DNA from: a virus
Taxonomy: Duplodnaviria; Caudoviricetes
DNA length: 64,000 nucleotides
IMG/VR virus record: IMGVR_UViG_3300020577_004796
Span: 1 to 64,000 of that record
Strand: one strand, 5' to 3'
Shown here: piece after piece, positions 20,448-31,094 of the stretch
Position numbering within the stretch: the first letter of the stretch is position 1
Layout of the letters: each line of letters begins with the position of its first letter
The notes under the pieces: generated by a model
Databases searched by the model: none
Seen by the model: only the letters and a program-made list of their open reading frames with translations
What the model was told of the DNA's origin: nothing
Program-made: the position numbers and the translations under genes

Positions 20448-20996
20448 TTATTTATTACTTATATATTTATAGTGATATAATGTTGGTTCAATCCAAATTT
20501 CTTTTTTTAAGAGTTTACTCTTACAAATCTGCATAGCCCAATCTGTATCTTCTCCAAAGTTCTTTTCTGGAAATTTAAACTGTTTAGCTATTTCTGATTT
20601 TATTACATTTAAATGATTTGGCGGCCTATAATATATCCCATCTTTTTCAAAGTATGAATCGTATCTTATGGAATGTATAAAGGTTTTTGCATCAGCTCCA
20701 TTAGTAGTTATCTCACCAGTTAATGAGCAACAATCTGGACCATGTTTTATTGCATCTAAAACAAGTTCTATATAATTATCACAAACATCGTCATCGTCAT
20801 CTATGAAGCATAAATACTTACCTTCGGCTTTTTCTAAGAGTTTATTTCTTTTTTCTCCTACAGAAACATCATCACCACCAGCAACTATTATTTCCACTTC
20901 CTTAGTATTTTTCATTTGACCTTTTAATTTACTTAAAAGTTCAAGCAGAACAAGTTGCCTCTTTTTTAAACTACAAATTAATATAGATAATAGCAT
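20448..20996 (-). CDS. GT2-family glycosyltransferase
   Basis: LSILICS, GEKRNKLL..AEGKYLCFIDDDD, GEDTDW. Confidence 0.85.
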   Translation of the reverse strand: MLLSILICSLKKRQLVLLELLSKLKGQMKNTKEVEIIVAGGDDVSVGEKRNKLLEKAEGKYLCFIDDDDDVCDNYIELVLDAIKHGPDCCSLTGEITTNGADAKTFIHSIRYDSYFEKDGIYYRPPNHLNVIKSEIAKQFKFPEKNFGEDTDWAMQICKSKLLKKEIWIEPTLYHYKYISNK

Positions 20997-21676
20997 TATA
21001 TTAAACCCTCTTTATATTCGTTTACAAAATTTACTAAATCAAAGTTCTTAAGCTTACGTTCATGAAAAAGAGTTTCACCTTGCTTCCAAGTAAGATCATT
21101 TTTTATATTAATCTCGTCCTTTTTCATACCACCCACTATGTAATGATTATGCTTAAATAATAAATCTAAACTAATACATCTATCTAACATATAAGCAACA
21201 CTTGACATTTCTGAATCACAGAACATATGCGAGTACCCTGGAAAGTAAATATATCCAAATCTATTATAATACTCTCTATCCATTATTGGAATTGTTATGA
21301 TAAATGGTTGTATACCATCTTTTACCTTTACTATAAAATCCTTTTTATCATGTAAAAAAGCGTATAATAAACGATCCCAATGACTGGGGCAATCAAAATC
21401 ATCTGATACAACAATAAGTAAATCTCCAGTAGATATCATTGCTGCATTATTGATAGCTTGTATTGCTGTTTTATTATCTGAAACTAATACCTGTATATTT
21501 GGAAAATTTCTAGAAAATATCTTTTTATATTCTTCTACATAAGGATCAGTTTCGTCAATGCTTAAAATATATTCTATTTCTATAGAAGGGTCAGTAGCTC
21601 TGTTGAGCCAAATTAAAGCAGTCTTTAGAGCCATTGAAACTCTTTGCCTAGACGGATGCAGTAGTGATATTTTCAT
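20996..21676 (-). CDS. GT2-like glycosyltransferase
   Basis: [33 protein letters not shown]. Confidence 0.7.
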   Translation of the reverse strand: MKISLLHPSRQRVSMALKTALIWLNRATDPSIEIEYILSIDETDPYVEEYKKIFSRNFPNIQVLVSDNKTAIQAINNAAMISTGDLLIVVSDDFDCPSHWDRLLYAFLHDKKDFIVKVKDGIQPFIITIPIMDREYYNRFGYIYFPGYSHMFCDSEMSSVAYMLDRCISLDLLFKHNHYIVGGMKKDEINIKNDLTWKQGETLFHERKLKNFDLVNFVNEYKEGLI

Positions 21677-22562
21677 TTATTAATTTTTGTAACCCATCTC
21701 GTAAACTAATTTTATGTTTCCAACCCAGGTTGTTTATTTTTGTACAATCTAACACTTTCCTAAAAGTACCATCTGGCATGGAGGTGTCAGGTTCTATTTT
21801 TCCAGTAAAATTAGTTAGTTGTGCTATGATACTAGCTAATTCTAAAATACTATACTCTTCCCCGGTTCCAACATTTATTGTTTCTGATTCATTATAATTC
21901 TCCATTAAAAATAAACAGGCATTAGCTAAATCATCAACGTGCATGAACTCTCGCATGGGGGCTCCCGTACCCCATATTACACCTATGCCTTCTCTGAATT
22001 TACGTATTAATGCTGGTATAACATGTGAGTTGTTTAGATTATAATTATCATTAGGACCATATAGATTACAAGGCATTGCACTTATAAAATTACATCCATA
22101 CTGTTCTTTATAATACTGACACATTTTTATACCACTTATCTTGGCCAGGGCATAGGCTTCGTTTGTTGATTCTAATTCACCAGTAAGAAGATATTCTTCT
22201 TTTATTGGTTGCATACAATGCTTTGGATAAATACAGCTTGACCCTAAGAATAATAATTTTTTTACTCCAAAAGACCTAGCTGCTTCTATAACATTATTTT
22301 GAATCTGTAAGTTGTCATAAAGAAAACTAGCTTTCTTTTTTGAATTTGCCAAGATTCCACCAACTCTAGCTGCTACTAAAAATACATAATCAGGTTGGTA
22401 CTGTTGAAAAAACTTTCTTACATCATACTGCCTACGCAAATCGCAAATGTTACTATTAAATCCTATAATGTTGGTAAATCCCTCTTTTTTTAATTCCCTC
22501 TCCAAAGCAGAGCCTACCATTCCGTATCTTCCTGCGATGAAGATTTTACTATTTTTTTCCAT
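21648..22562 (-). CDS. fcl: GDP-L-fucose synthase
   Basis: [31 protein letters not shown] (YxxxK), [25 protein letters not shown]. Confidence 0.95.
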   Translation of the reverse strand: MEKNSKIFIAGRYGMVGSALERELKKEGFTNIIGFNSNICDLRRQYDVRKFFQQYQPDYVFLVAARVGGILANSKKKASFLYDNLQIQNNVIEAARSFGVKKLLFLGSSCIYPKHCMQPIKEEYLLTGELESTNEAYALAKISGIKMCQYYKEQYGCNFISAMPCNLYGPNDNYNLNNSHVIPALIRKFREGIGVIWGTGAPMREFMHVDDLANACLFLMENYNESETINVGTGEEYSILELASIIAQLTNFTGKIEPDTSMPDGTFRKVLDCTKINNLGWKHKISLRDGLQKLINENITTASV

Positions 22563-23566
22563 TTAATATCTACTTGTATCATTTCTTTTATAATAGCCTT
22601 TAAATCATATTTTGGCTTCCATCCTAATATCTTTCTTGCTTTAGTTGAATCGCCTATTAATAAATCAACTTCAGTAGGTCGAAAATATACAGGATCAACT
22701 TTAACTAAAACAGTGCCATCTTCAGAGTCTATTCCTATTTCATCTAAACCAGAGCCTATGAATTTTAAATTAATTCCTACTTCTTTAAAGGCCATTTTAC
22801 AAAAATCTCTAACTGTAGTGGTTATGCCAGTTGCAATAACATAGTCATCTGGGGTATCCTGCTGCAACATTAACCATGCAGCTTCCATATAATCCCTAGT
22901 GTGCCCCCAGTCTCGTTGAGCATCTAGGTTTCCTAATCTTATAACTTCACCTCGTCCAATGGCCCTTGTTATTTTTCTAGTAACGAATGTTTCGCCTCTA
23001 GTTGGACCCTCGTGATTAAAAAGTATACCATTACAAGCGAACATGTTATAAGCTTCTCTGTAATTTTTTGTAATCCAATAACCAAATGTTTTAGCTACAC
23101 CATATGGAGATCTTGGATAAAAAGCTGTTGTTTCTGTTTGTGGAACTTCTTGTACTTTTCCGTACATTTCAGAAGAACTGGCTTGGTAATATTTTATTTC
23201 ATTCATTCTACCAGAATTTCTTATAGCTTCTAAAAGTCTAACGGTTCCTGTAGCTATTACATCTGTAGTATATTCTGGAATTTCAAATGAAACTTGCACA
23301 TGACTCATTGCGGCTAAATTATATATTTCATCTGGCTTTGTTTCCTGGATCAGCCTAAAAAGAGAAGCCCCATCAGTCATATCTCCATAATGTAAATGGA
23401 AGTCTTTATTATTAAATACACTGTCTATTCTATCAGTATTTATTAAAGAAGTTCTTCTTTTTACTCCGTGTACAATGTAATTCTTTTCCAGGAGAAGTGT
23501 GGCTAAAGTAGCGCCATCCATTCCGGTAACTCCTGTAATTAAAGCAACTTTTTGTTTTCCTTCCAT
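22514..23566 (-). CDS. gmd: GDP-mannose 4,6-dehydratase
   Basis: [59 protein letters not shown]. Confidence 0.97.
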   Translation of the reverse strand: MEGKQKVALITGVTGMDGATLATLLLEKNYIVHGVKRRTSLINTDRIDSVFNNKDFHLHYGDMTDGASLFRLIQETKPDEIYNLAAMSHVQVSFEIPEYTTDVIATGTVRLLEAIRNSGRMNEIKYYQASSSEMYGKVQEVPQTETTAFYPRSPYGVAKTFGYWITKNYREAYNMFACNGILFNHEGPTRGETFVTRKITRAIGRGEVIRLGNLDAQRDWGHTRDYMEAAWLMLQQDTPDDYVIATGITTTVRDFCKMAFKEVGINLKFIGSGLDEIGIDSEDGTVLVKVDPVYFRPTEVDLLIGDSTKARKILGWKPKYDLKAIIKEMIQVDIKWKKIVKSSSQEDTEW

Positions 23567-24234
23567 TTTTTATAATGTCCTGCTGTGGTACTAATCACAG
23601 AATCTGCATGTTTAAAATAATATTGTTCCTCTTCAGTTAGGTTATTCCAATCTTGATACCAAGGTTGATGCTTACAAGTAAATTCTCCAGCTATTCTAAG
23701 CGCAGTATAATCATAATCTCTTTTTGGATCAATTACACAAAAAGTTGTATCTACTGGAGCTACATATAATTCTTTTCCCTTATAAGGTACTGGCTTTAGC
23801 CAATATTTAGTTTCTATAGTTTTTATTAATTTTGTTAACTCTGTATCTGGTAAATCACTTATATCTATAGCTAGTCCTATTTTTTTTATAGCAGAATGTT
23901 TAATAATATCAATCATTTCTTCTATAAACCCATATGGAGTGTATGGGTTTAAAATTATATCGGAATCAGTATAAACTATCCAGTCATTATTTCTAAAACG
24001 TTCTATTATATTTTCTTCCCAAAGAGCGCGGTGACCTTTAGTGGAATCCGAATGTATTACTTTAATAATCTCATTAGCTTCCATATAAGTATACCATTCA
24101 ATTAACTCTGGATATGTACTATTCATATCTAAAATATAAATATTATTATAACCTCTGTCAATTAAATCAAGAACTAACTGCCTAGTTGTAGTTAGAAGGT
24201 TTTTATTATTGATTATGATTGGTATATTAAACAT
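23539..24234 (-). CDS. GT2-like glycosyltransferase
   Basis: [24 protein letters not shown] DxD, A.VDTTF. Confidence 0.65.
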   Translation of the reverse strand: MFNIPIIINNKNLLTTTRQLVLDLIDRGYNNIYILDMNSTYPELIEWYTYMEANEIIKVIHSDSTKGHRALWEENIIERFRNNDWIVYTDSDIILNPYTPYGFIEEMIDIIKHSAIKKIGLAIDISDLPDTELTKLIKTIETKYWLKPVPYKGKELYVAPVDTTFCVIDPKRDYDYTALRIAGEFTCKHQPWYQDWNNLTEEEQYYFKHADSVISTTAGHYKKWKENKKLL

Positions 24235-24235
24235 C

Positions 24236-24829
24236 TTAATTATGTATAGTTAAACATTTATTTATTTTGCGAATCGATTTAATTAATCCTGATTTTAAAA
24301 GATCTCTTACAAACATTCCATCTGCACAAAATTCTTCTGGTTTATTTATTCCAACTTTTCTAGCTATTTCTGTGCGAACTCTAAAATTTCCCCAATCCAT
24401 TCTACCTATACTTGGGTGTGTATCTATTATTCCACCATAACCAAAAATATGATTTATACCATTAAAATATAAAAAATCTTCATTATGATTAGTCATTTCT
24501 TCTACTGCTGTGGGTATCCAATAATCATGTGCGCTAGACTGAATAACATATTCTGTATCTATTAAATTATTAAGAGCGTCAATTCTATTATAACAACCCC
24601 AAGCTTCTGTGTTAATTAAACTTTCAACATAAACAATTCTGGAATCTTTAAAACTTTCTACAATACTTCTTGCCAATTTATCTGTACCATTATGGTAAAT
24701 AATAGTTTTCCAACTAGAATTTGTTTGTGATAACAAAGAACCTATATAAGAATATACACCAGTATAATCTTTGAACATAGGAGCAACAAACGTTACTTTT
24801 GATTCTTCCGATTTTTGTATCTTTTGCAT
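24236..24829 (-). CDS. GT2-like glycosyltransferase
   Basis: VTFVAP, WGCYNR..AL, EYVI...HDYW, ADGMFV. Confidence 0.65.
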   Translation of the reverse strand: MQKIQKSEESKVTFVAPMFKDYTGVYSYIGSLLSQTNSSWKTIIYHNGTDKLARSIVESFKDSRIVYVESLINTEAWGCYNRIDALNNLIDTEYVIQSSAHDYWIPTAVEEMTNHNEDFLYFNGINHIFGYGGIIDTHPSIGRMDWGNFRVRTEIARKVGINKPEEFCADGMFVRDLLKSGLIKSIRKINKCLTIHN

Positions 24830-25359
24830 TCTGGTAATCTTCGTTTAACAATGTTACATAAATTTGCACATGATAAATTATATTTATTTGCTATTTCTTT
24901 TGTAGATAATTCTAAATTTAAATAATCTATTTTTAACTTTTCAATAAATTCATCACTATATCTTAAATTTGGACGTCCTATATCTCGAATTATGCCTAAC
25001 TCTTTTTCCAAACTTCTTACTCTTTTCATTCCTTCGGATATCTTACTTTTAGATTCCTGGGAGTGCTTTCCACCCTTACCACCTTCTTTAATATTTAACA
25101 TTTCATAACCTAAATCTTTAAAAGCAGCTATAAAATTAATTTCTAATTTATCTAATATTTCTTGAGTTATATCTTTCGACAATTCTATTAAATTATCATA
25201 TTTGTGATTTAATCCGCCATATTTTAATAATGATTTTTGAAGCAGTGGTTGATAAGGGCAATATTCTCTTTTATAATCACTTATTCTATGATCTATATCC
25301 CAAGACTGTCCAATATAAATTTTACCAGAGGGCGATTCTATTTTATAAATTCCTATCAT
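24793..25359 (-). CDS. GIY-YIG homing endonuclease (NUMOD3)
   Basis: MIGIYKI.SPSGKIYIGQS, LNIKEGG, HSQESKSKIS. Confidence 0.85.
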   Translation of the reverse strand: MIGIYKIESPSGKIYIGQSWDIDHRISDYKREYCPYQPLLQKSLLKYGGLNHKYDNLIELSKDITQEILDKLEINFIAAFKDLGYEMLNIKEGGKGGKHSQESKSKISEGMKRVRSLEKELGIIRDIGRPNLRYSDEFIEKLKIDYLNLELSTKEIANKYNLSCANLCNIVKRRLPECKRYKNRKNQK

Positions 25360-25844
25360 ATTAGTTTATAAAGGTCTACTTGTTTTTCTCCTACTTTAAA
25401 TACACCTACGGGATTGCATCTTAATCCATCGTAATTCATGTCTTTTATTGAGCCTGTATCAAATATATGGTACTGATCCAGGTTAGGGAGGCGATTTTCT
25501 TTTGAGAGTTCTTTTAAATTTTGTATTTTAAAAGCTTTGGATTGTATTACAGAACAATTAATAAATAAGTCTGGAGTTATATCTAAAAATTCATTTTGCT
25601 TAGCTAAGACTACACAATCTGTAGGTATATTTTTCCAGCAATTATTTTTCCATTCATCTGTTGTTTGCCACCAAAACTTCTTTATTTGGCAATTATGTTC
25701 TTTAGCTATTTCTAAAGTTTTATCTTTAGAATCTTTATCAAAAATATAAATGGTAGCTATAGGAATTCTTTCTTTATACCAACTTATCCAGGATAAGAGG
25801 GTTGCTTCATTGTTTTCAGTTTTTGTAAAGATGCTTACTCTCAT
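25356..25844 (-). CDS. Short GT2-like protein
   Basis: NEATLL.WI.WY, IYIFDKDS.DKT N-terminal GT2 pattern; only 162 aa. Confidence 0.45.
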   Translation of the reverse strand: MRVSIFTKTENNEATLLSWISWYKERIPIATIYIFDKDSKDKTLEIAKEHNCQIKKFWWQTTDEWKNNCWKNIPTDCVVLAKQNEFLDITPDLFINCSVIQSKAFKIQNLKELSKENRLPNLDQYHIFDTGSIKDMNYDGLRCNPVGVFKVGEKQVDLYKLI

Positions 25845-26356
25845 TATACTTGTGAAATAAATTTATCGCCTCTTATATTAATTTTTACATCTTCCATAAA
25901 CGCTTTGTAACCTTTGTTATAATTTTCGTATAATCCGTTTATTTCTTTAAGCGCCTTCATGTAATCTGTCATAGAGCCATCTTTACCTGAATCTGGTATA
26001 GTTTCATCAATAAAAGTACTTATTTTATCTATACCTATTTTAAGAGATCTCCAGATTCTTGCGCTAGGCATATCAAACATTTCTCTACATCTATCCAATG
26101 CTACCTGGATAAGAGGATCATCTAAACTAAAATCAATATCTAAATCAGAAAGAATTGATGCCTCCCTATCTTCTTCCCGCATTGCTAAATAAGGATTATC
26201 ATCTGGATTCCAAGAACAAGTATATTGTAAGTAAGCAAATATCTTTAGATACTTCTTAGGATACTTCTTCATGATATCATTAAGATAGTTAATTGTAAAG
26301 CAATGCGCGGTCGGCACTACTTTTTCATTACTTATGTCAAATAATTTTATATACAT
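25844..26356 (-). CDS. Conserved crAss-like helical protein (possible small terminase subunit)
   Basis: 170 aa, KLFDI....V.P and YL pattern; the function is inference only. Confidence 0.4.
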   Translation of the reverse strand: MYIKLFDISNEKVVPTAHCFTINYLNDIMKKYPKKYLKIFAYLQYTCSWNPDDNPYLAMREEDREASILSDLDIDFSLDDPLIQVALDRCREMFDMPSARIWRSLKIGIDKISTFIDETIPDSGKDGSMTDYMKALKEINGLYENYNKGYKAFMEDVKINIRGDKFISQV

Positions 26357-26574
26357 TATAGTTGAGTTGCTATTAAGACAAACTTATTTTTTACGTACTT
26401 AAAAAATTTAACATCTTCAATGACAAACTTGTACCCCAAATAATCAGATTGTTCGCCAATAAACATTTGTGTAAGTTCCTCTTGATCATAAGGTAGACAA
26501 TTTTCATCTAGATCTATTACCCATATATCACCTTCACTTTTGATACTTACTTGTTCTCGTATGATTTCTCTCAT
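26356..26574 (-). CDS. Hypothetical protein
   Basis: 72 aa, coupled in operon. Confidence 0.5.
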   Translation of the reverse strand: MREIIREQVSIKSEGDIWVIDLDENCLPYDQEELTQMFIGEQSDYLGYKFVIEDVKFFKYVKNKFVLIATQL

Positions 26575-26716
26575 TTTTGCTTCTTTAGTTGGAGTAAAAG
26601 ATTACTCATTTCTTTTAAAATTTTTATTGTACTATTTATGTTTTTATTATTAAGTTCTTCTATGTTGTTTAGTTTCTCGTTTAATTTTTCTAATTTTTCT
26701 ATTGTTTCTTCTCTTG

Positions 26717-27799
26717 TCATTTAGTTATAAGCTTAGAAAATACATTGTATCTTTTACTTGCCCAGGTATGGATGTCGTAATTCTCTTTCATGTATTCTGC
26801 AATTTTTTTACCCCACACTTTTATTTCTTCTGGATTTTTTAAACAGAATTTTATATTATTGTACCAGTCGCCCCACATTATAGGAAGATGCTCGAGCTCA
26901 GTGTAAGGTTCTACTTTTGAAACAATACATGGTAATTCCCTAGTAGCCGCCTCTATAATCTTAAGTACACTCTTATGTCTATTAAATTCATTATAAACTA
27001 ATGGAACTAAAACAACATCAGCTTGATCGTAGAAAGACATATGTTCTTGTACAGGCTTTGTATCTAATATTTGATAGGAATCTGTTCTTTTAAAGATACT
27101 AGCCATCCGGTCCCATTGACAATGTTTGCCGCCTTTTAAAGGATTAAATCCAGCCAGCGTAAATAAGGCATGATCTTTAATCCATTTATCACCACCAATT
27201 CTGTCAAATTTGTTTTTAAGTTCAAGAACATCTTGATAATGCGTAGAGCCACCAGCATAAAGAAAATTAGTTTTGTTTAGATATCTTATGCCGGAGTATA
27301 ATTCATCTGGTTTGTAATGGACCTGACCAAAAGGGACAGCGTTAAACATTACTAAACAATTTTTATTAAGATTTAACTCTTCTACTTTTTTAGCTATGGA
27401 ATTAGTAGCTGTAAATACAACATCAGCTAATTTTATTATTTCTTGTATTTTAAGATTGTGCCCTTGCTTGTACCATAAATCATGTACAGGATGCACTGAA
27501 CTCATTTCCCAATAGTCATCTAAATCAACTACTATCTTTACACCAGCTGCTTTTTTTTCCTGTAACCAATTTAAATCTTCTGTTTGAAGAGACCCGTTAA
27601 AGAATATAATGTCTGGTTCAAAAGCATCTATCTCTGGGACTGTGCCAGCTATGTGAGTATCAGTTTCTCTTATAAATGTACCTTTAGGATAAAACAATTT
27701 TACAGAATCATCCGTACTCCAAGACATATATTCTAAAGGAAGTAATATTCTATAAAAAGAACATCCATTATAAGGTTTAACTAAAGCTGCTACTCTCAC
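26717..27799 (-). CDS. GT-B fold (GT4-like) glycosyltransferase
   Basis: GCSFYRILLP, VVDLDDYW, NAVP, YAGGSTH..D, FN..KS.LKIIEAA, IVSKV.PY. Confidence 0.85.
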   Translation of the reverse strand: MRVAALVKPYNGCSFYRILLPLEYMSWSTDDSVKLFYPKGTFIRETDTHIAGTVPEIDAFEPDIIFFNGSLQTEDLNWLQEKKAAGVKIVVDLDDYWEMSSVHPVHDLWYKQGHNLKIQEIIKLADVVFTATNSIAKKVEELNLNKNCLVMFNAVPFGQVHYKPDELYSGIRYLNKTNFLYAGGSTHYQDVLELKNKFDRIGGDKWIKDHALFTLAGFNPLKGGKHCQWDRMASIFKRTDSYQILDTKPVQEHMSFYDQADVVLVPLVYNEFNRHKSVLKIIEAATRELPCIVSKVEPYTELEHLPIMWGDWYNNIKFCLKNPEEIKVWGKKIAEYMKENYDIHTWASKRYNVFSKLITK

Positions 27800-28593
27800 T
27801 TAATATATTTTAAAATTAATTCTACTTCTTTCTTTAAGTATGGTATTTGATATTTATCTACCCTTTCTACTATAGGATCACCATTAGCATCTCTAGCTAT
27901 TTGTTTATTACCCAATCTATCACGATCTACTTCTTTGAAAATGATATGATTTAATATTAAACTTCCTGGCTTTAACTTAGGATTATGTCTAAGTATAATA
28001 TACATATAAAGACTTAACTGTATATTATATAAACTTAACTTACAATCAGAAAGATGACTTAAAGGTTTTAAAAGTTTTTTCTCTTTACCATCCCAACTAA
28101 CATATCCTTTCGTGGTTAATTCTTTATTAGTTTTAAAGTCTGTTATGTTAACTTTGTTATTCCTAACTTCTACTAAATCAGACTGACCACATATTCCGTA
28201 AGAGTGTAAATAACAGAAGTGTTCTGGATAAACGTGATTGTTTTCTAATTTCTGCTCTGGAGCATATTTAATATCATCCAAAAGAATAGGCTTAACTACG
28301 TGAATTATATCCCCTTCTTTTTCTATTGAATTTATTTCACAAATTAATTTTTCCTGTTGAGCATGATACCAATTGCCCAAATCTTTAGCTGTAGTACTTA
28401 TATCATCCCAAGCTTTAAGTATCTCCTCTTGAGTCATCCCGTACCACTTAGACTTCTTATTCTTAGAAGACTTTAAAGCGATTGCTGGACCATCAAATGG
28501 TTCTTGAAAAAGCTTAGTAAGCTGAGTTACTGATTTCCATTCAGTCCCATCATCTGATGAATATTTATGATCTTTATCTGTAAATTTTACCAT
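27796..28593 (-). CDS. PD-(D/E)XK exonuclease
   Basis: SVTQL, ICGQSDLV, ITDFKT, YNIQLSLY. Confidence 0.8.
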   Translation of the reverse strand: MVKFTDKDHKYSSDDGTEWKSVTQLTKLFQEPFDGPAIALKSSKNKKSKWYGMTQEEILKAWDDISTTAKDLGNWYHAQQEKLICEINSIEKEGDIIHVVKPILLDDIKYAPEQKLENNHVYPEHFCYLHSYGICGQSDLVEVRNNKVNITDFKTNKELTTKGYVSWDGKEKKLLKPLSHLSDCKLSLYNIQLSLYMYIILRHNPKLKPGSLILNHIIFKEVDRDRLGNKQIARDANGDPIVERVDKYQIPYLKKEVELILKYIK

Positions 28594-28895
28594 TATATAT
28601 CTTTAACTTCCCAAAGAGGCTCTTGTCCTATATCTTTTAAAGAACAATAACTATCTTTACTTGCACATTTTGCTTTTAACGCACAACCACATTGACCACA
28701 TGTTTCTTGACCAGGTAAGAATGCCTTTTCTGATGTTCCTTTTTCATCGTAAAATCCACACTTATTAGATCTACAAATTTTAATTCTTTCAGCCGCCATC
28801 CTCTTCACTGGATCAGACCCAAAATATTTATTCCACCACCCCTGAACTATCTTTGCTCTGTTCTTCCAAGCGTATTTGAGCTGCTCTGTATTCAT
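28593..28895 (-). CDS. Small Zn-finger-like protein
   Basis: C..NKC, C..CGC, K......C. Confidence 0.55.
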   Translation of the reverse strand: MNTEQLKYAWKNRAKIVQGWWNKYFGSDPVKRMAAERIKICRSNKCGFYDEKGTSEKAFLPGQETCGQCGCALKAKCASKDSYCSLKDIGQEPLWEVKDI

Positions 28896-29256
28896 GTTGT
28901 TTTTGTATTGTTGCTGTTCTTTTATCTTTTCTTTGTTGAATCTTTATTTTATTCCTTGCTATTCTTTCCAGTTGCTCTTCTACATTTCTTAGAATAGAAG
29001 TTTTTCGAATCCCTTCTGGCCACTTTAAAATAGATTCTTTCATTTCTAAAAAATCTCTTTCTTTGTGGTCTAAGACACGCTCTTTTAAATAAAAGTTACC
29101 CATTTTTTCTACTTGAATACAAGGCTCTTCCATTTCAGAAAGCTTTTGTCGTAATTCTTTATAGTAAAAAGCTACAACAATTTCACAAGTTTTTTCTTTG
29201 AAACCAGTTAATTCAGCTGTTTTTGGTATTAGAGTTTTAGCCTTAATTGGTTTCAT
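28828..29256 (-). CDS. HU/IHF-like DNA-binding protein
   Basis: LIPKTAE.TG..E..CE.VV..YY..L, IQVEKMGNF. Confidence 0.55.
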   Translation of the reverse strand: MKPIKAKTLIPKTAELTGFKEKTCEIVVAFYYKELRQKLSEMEEPCIQVEKMGNFYLKERVLDHKERDFLEMKESILKWPEGIRKTSILRNVEEQLERIARNKIKIQQRKDKRTATIQKQHEYRAAQIRLEEQSKDSSGVVE

Positions 29257-29662
29257 AACAAAGTAATTGTAAATCTAAAAGAGTTCCGTTTTCAATATGA
29301 ACCCCCAAATTTTTTGAGAGACTTATTAAATGTTTATCCGATTTTATTATAAAACCTAAATCTACTAATTTACCAACAGAGTTCCTAGCAGATTGTTCTG
29401 AACTAAAGATATATTTGTTTTTAATATTAGAATCATCTAATCCTAACTGCAACTGTCTCGTATACCAAGTAGATTCTGTCTTAGTTAAAAGTTTACAAAA
29501 CGCAGCTAATTCTATACGATCAAGTAAAGCTAAGACGACTAAACTATCTAAAGAAGTTTCAGTCAAAACAATCCCAGACAGAGTCGACCAAATTTGTATT
29601 TGTATTCGGACGAACTCTGTTCTGGAAAGCTTCTTTTTAACTTGTACTTGTTTTACTTTCAT
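29243..29662 (-). CDS. Hypothetical protein (possible winged helix)
   Basis: 139 aa, SARNSVGKLVDLGFI pattern. Confidence 0.45.
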   Translation of the reverse strand: MKVKQVQVKKKLSRTEFVRIQIQIWSTLSGIVLTETSLDSLVVLALLDRIELAAFCKLLTKTESTWYTRQLQLGLDDSNIKNKYIFSSEQSARNSVGKLVDLGFIIKSDKHLISLSKNLGVHIENGTLLDLQLLCYETN

Positions 29663-29913
29663 TAAGCTGTTGTTTCTTGCGAGGCCATTGCAGCCTCTGC
29701 TTCTTTTTTCATTTCTTCGATATCTGAGGGAGCTGGAGATCCTTGTGGTTTACCAAACTCGTCCTGAAACATCTTTGTTATTTTAATTTCATTATACTTT
29801 TCAAGAACTTGTTTTGTTATTAATTCTTGAAGTTTTGTTTGCAATTCTTGATATTCAATTGCTTCCTTAAGCTGAGTTATAGCTTGCTCTCTTGTTATTT
29901 CTGTTTGTTCCAT
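29662..29913 (-). CDS. Hypothetical coiled-coil protein
   Basis: 83 aa, coupled in operon. Confidence 0.55.
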   Translation of the reverse strand: MEQTEITREQAITQLKEAIEYQELQTKLQELITKQVLEKYNEIKITKMFQDEFGKPQGSPAPSDIEEMKKEAEAAMASQETTA

Positions 29914-29954
29914 AATAAAATATACAACTTTTTTTTGAATTAAACAAATTTTAG

Positions 29955-30314
29955 TTAAACTTTTTTAGTTTCTTTTATTTTATGGAAGTCATTCCACTTC
30001 TTTGCAAAACGGTCCAAATTACCTATAATAGATAACTGAAGGCCATCTGAAAGACAAAGATCAACTGAATCCATTGCTGGGTTTTCTGGGTTCTCGGCCA
30101 ACTCTTCTAAAGAAGAAGTTTCTATAGCAGCTATGAACTTTGAAGGATCTATTAGTATCCTAGAAGGATATGCTTTAGGTACTGACTTCGCATCCATTTC
30201 TAGATCTCTTTTCCATTCGTCACCTTCCTGGGGCTCTTCTTCCTGTGACTTTAAATAATCTCGGTACTCTTTTCCTAGGTAAGTTCTAATTTCTAATTCA
30301 AGTAGTTTACTCAC
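29955..30314 (-). CDS. Hypothetical protein
   Basis: 119 aa, downstream of a Bacteroidota-type promoter. Confidence 0.55.
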   Translation of the reverse strand: MSKLLELEIRTYLGKEYRDYLKSQEEEPQEGDEWKRDLEMDAKSVPKAYPSRILIDPSKFIAAIETSSLEELAENPENPAMDSVDLCLSDGLQLSIIGNLDRFAKKWNDFHKIKETKKV

Positions 30315-30344
30315 TTTCTTTAATTTTAATGTTCATTTATAATA

Positions 30345-30376
30345 CAAAGGTACGACAATATATTGATATTTCCAAA
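30345..30376 (-). promoter_or_regulatory. Bacteroidota primary-sigma promoter
   Basis: Minus strand TTTG-N20-TACCTTTG, matching the -33 TTTG / -7 TAnnTTTG consensus. Confidence 0.75.
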
Positions 30377-30748
30377 CTTTTTATGTTTAATTTTTAAGAT
30401 TTATTGTCTTAACCAGGGATAGCAAATTCTACCACTAGCTTTGGTAATGAAAGGAGGTAAGAAAAAACAAGTTATCCCCCTTCCCCCTTAAGGAAGATAA
30501 CTTATAAGTTCTTACACTAGCTCAGTATAAAGTTAAGTTAGGCTCAAAAGGCACACAAGTTTTCGAAAGTACTCAGTTGATTTAAAAGATTCATTGATCT
30601 CGGTCCTACTAGAGGTTCGATATGCCTGAATACTCGTTACAAAAAGCTATTAGACGAGAAATAAAATACCCCAGAGGAGTCAGGCCACTCCAACTGGGGT
30701 AAGACACTTTCGTGTCAAATGTCTTTAATGGGGCCTGCCATATATTTA

Positions 30749-30780
30749 CAAAGGTACGAAACCTTTATGATTTTACCAAA
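30749..30780 (-). promoter_or_regulatory. Bacteroidota primary-sigma promoter
   Basis: Minus strand TTTG-N20-TACCTTTG. Confidence 0.7.
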
Positions 30781-30790
30781 TTTATTTTTG

Positions 30791-30861
30791 CACGGATAGA
30801 ATGAATCGAACACTCGTTAAAGGTTTTGGAGGCCCTTGTACTGCCACTGTACGATATCCGT
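30791..30861 (-). tRNA. trnW: tRNA-Trp (CCA)
   Basis: ACGGATA/TATCCGT acceptor, GTAC D-stem, loop CT-CCA-AA, GAGTG-TTCGATT-CATTC T arm; no encoded CCA end. Confidence 0.9.
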
Positions 30862-30969
30862 AAATAAGATAAGAAAACTAGCGTCTGGTTCAAACAGAGC
30901 TCACGCCGATATTCACTAGACTAATCTAGCTAGCCCCTGCTATAGAAGGTCCTTCTAGCTTTCTTATTG

Positions 30970-31043
30970 TTGCGGCGGCTGGCTACGATCCAGCGATCTT
31001 GTGGTTATGAGCCACACGAGATAGTCCCCTTCTCCACGCCACA
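30970..31043 (-). tRNA. trnM: tRNA with CAT anticodon (Met/fMet-like)
   Basis: TGTGGCG/CGCCGCA acceptor, GAGA/TCTC D-stem, TGTGG-CTCATAA-CCACA, GCTGG/CCAGC T-stem with atypical loop ATCGTAG. Confidence 0.8.
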
Positions 31044-31094
31044 ATGTACTAATAATATACTAACTTATTTTTAATCTAACAAATATTTGTTTTT

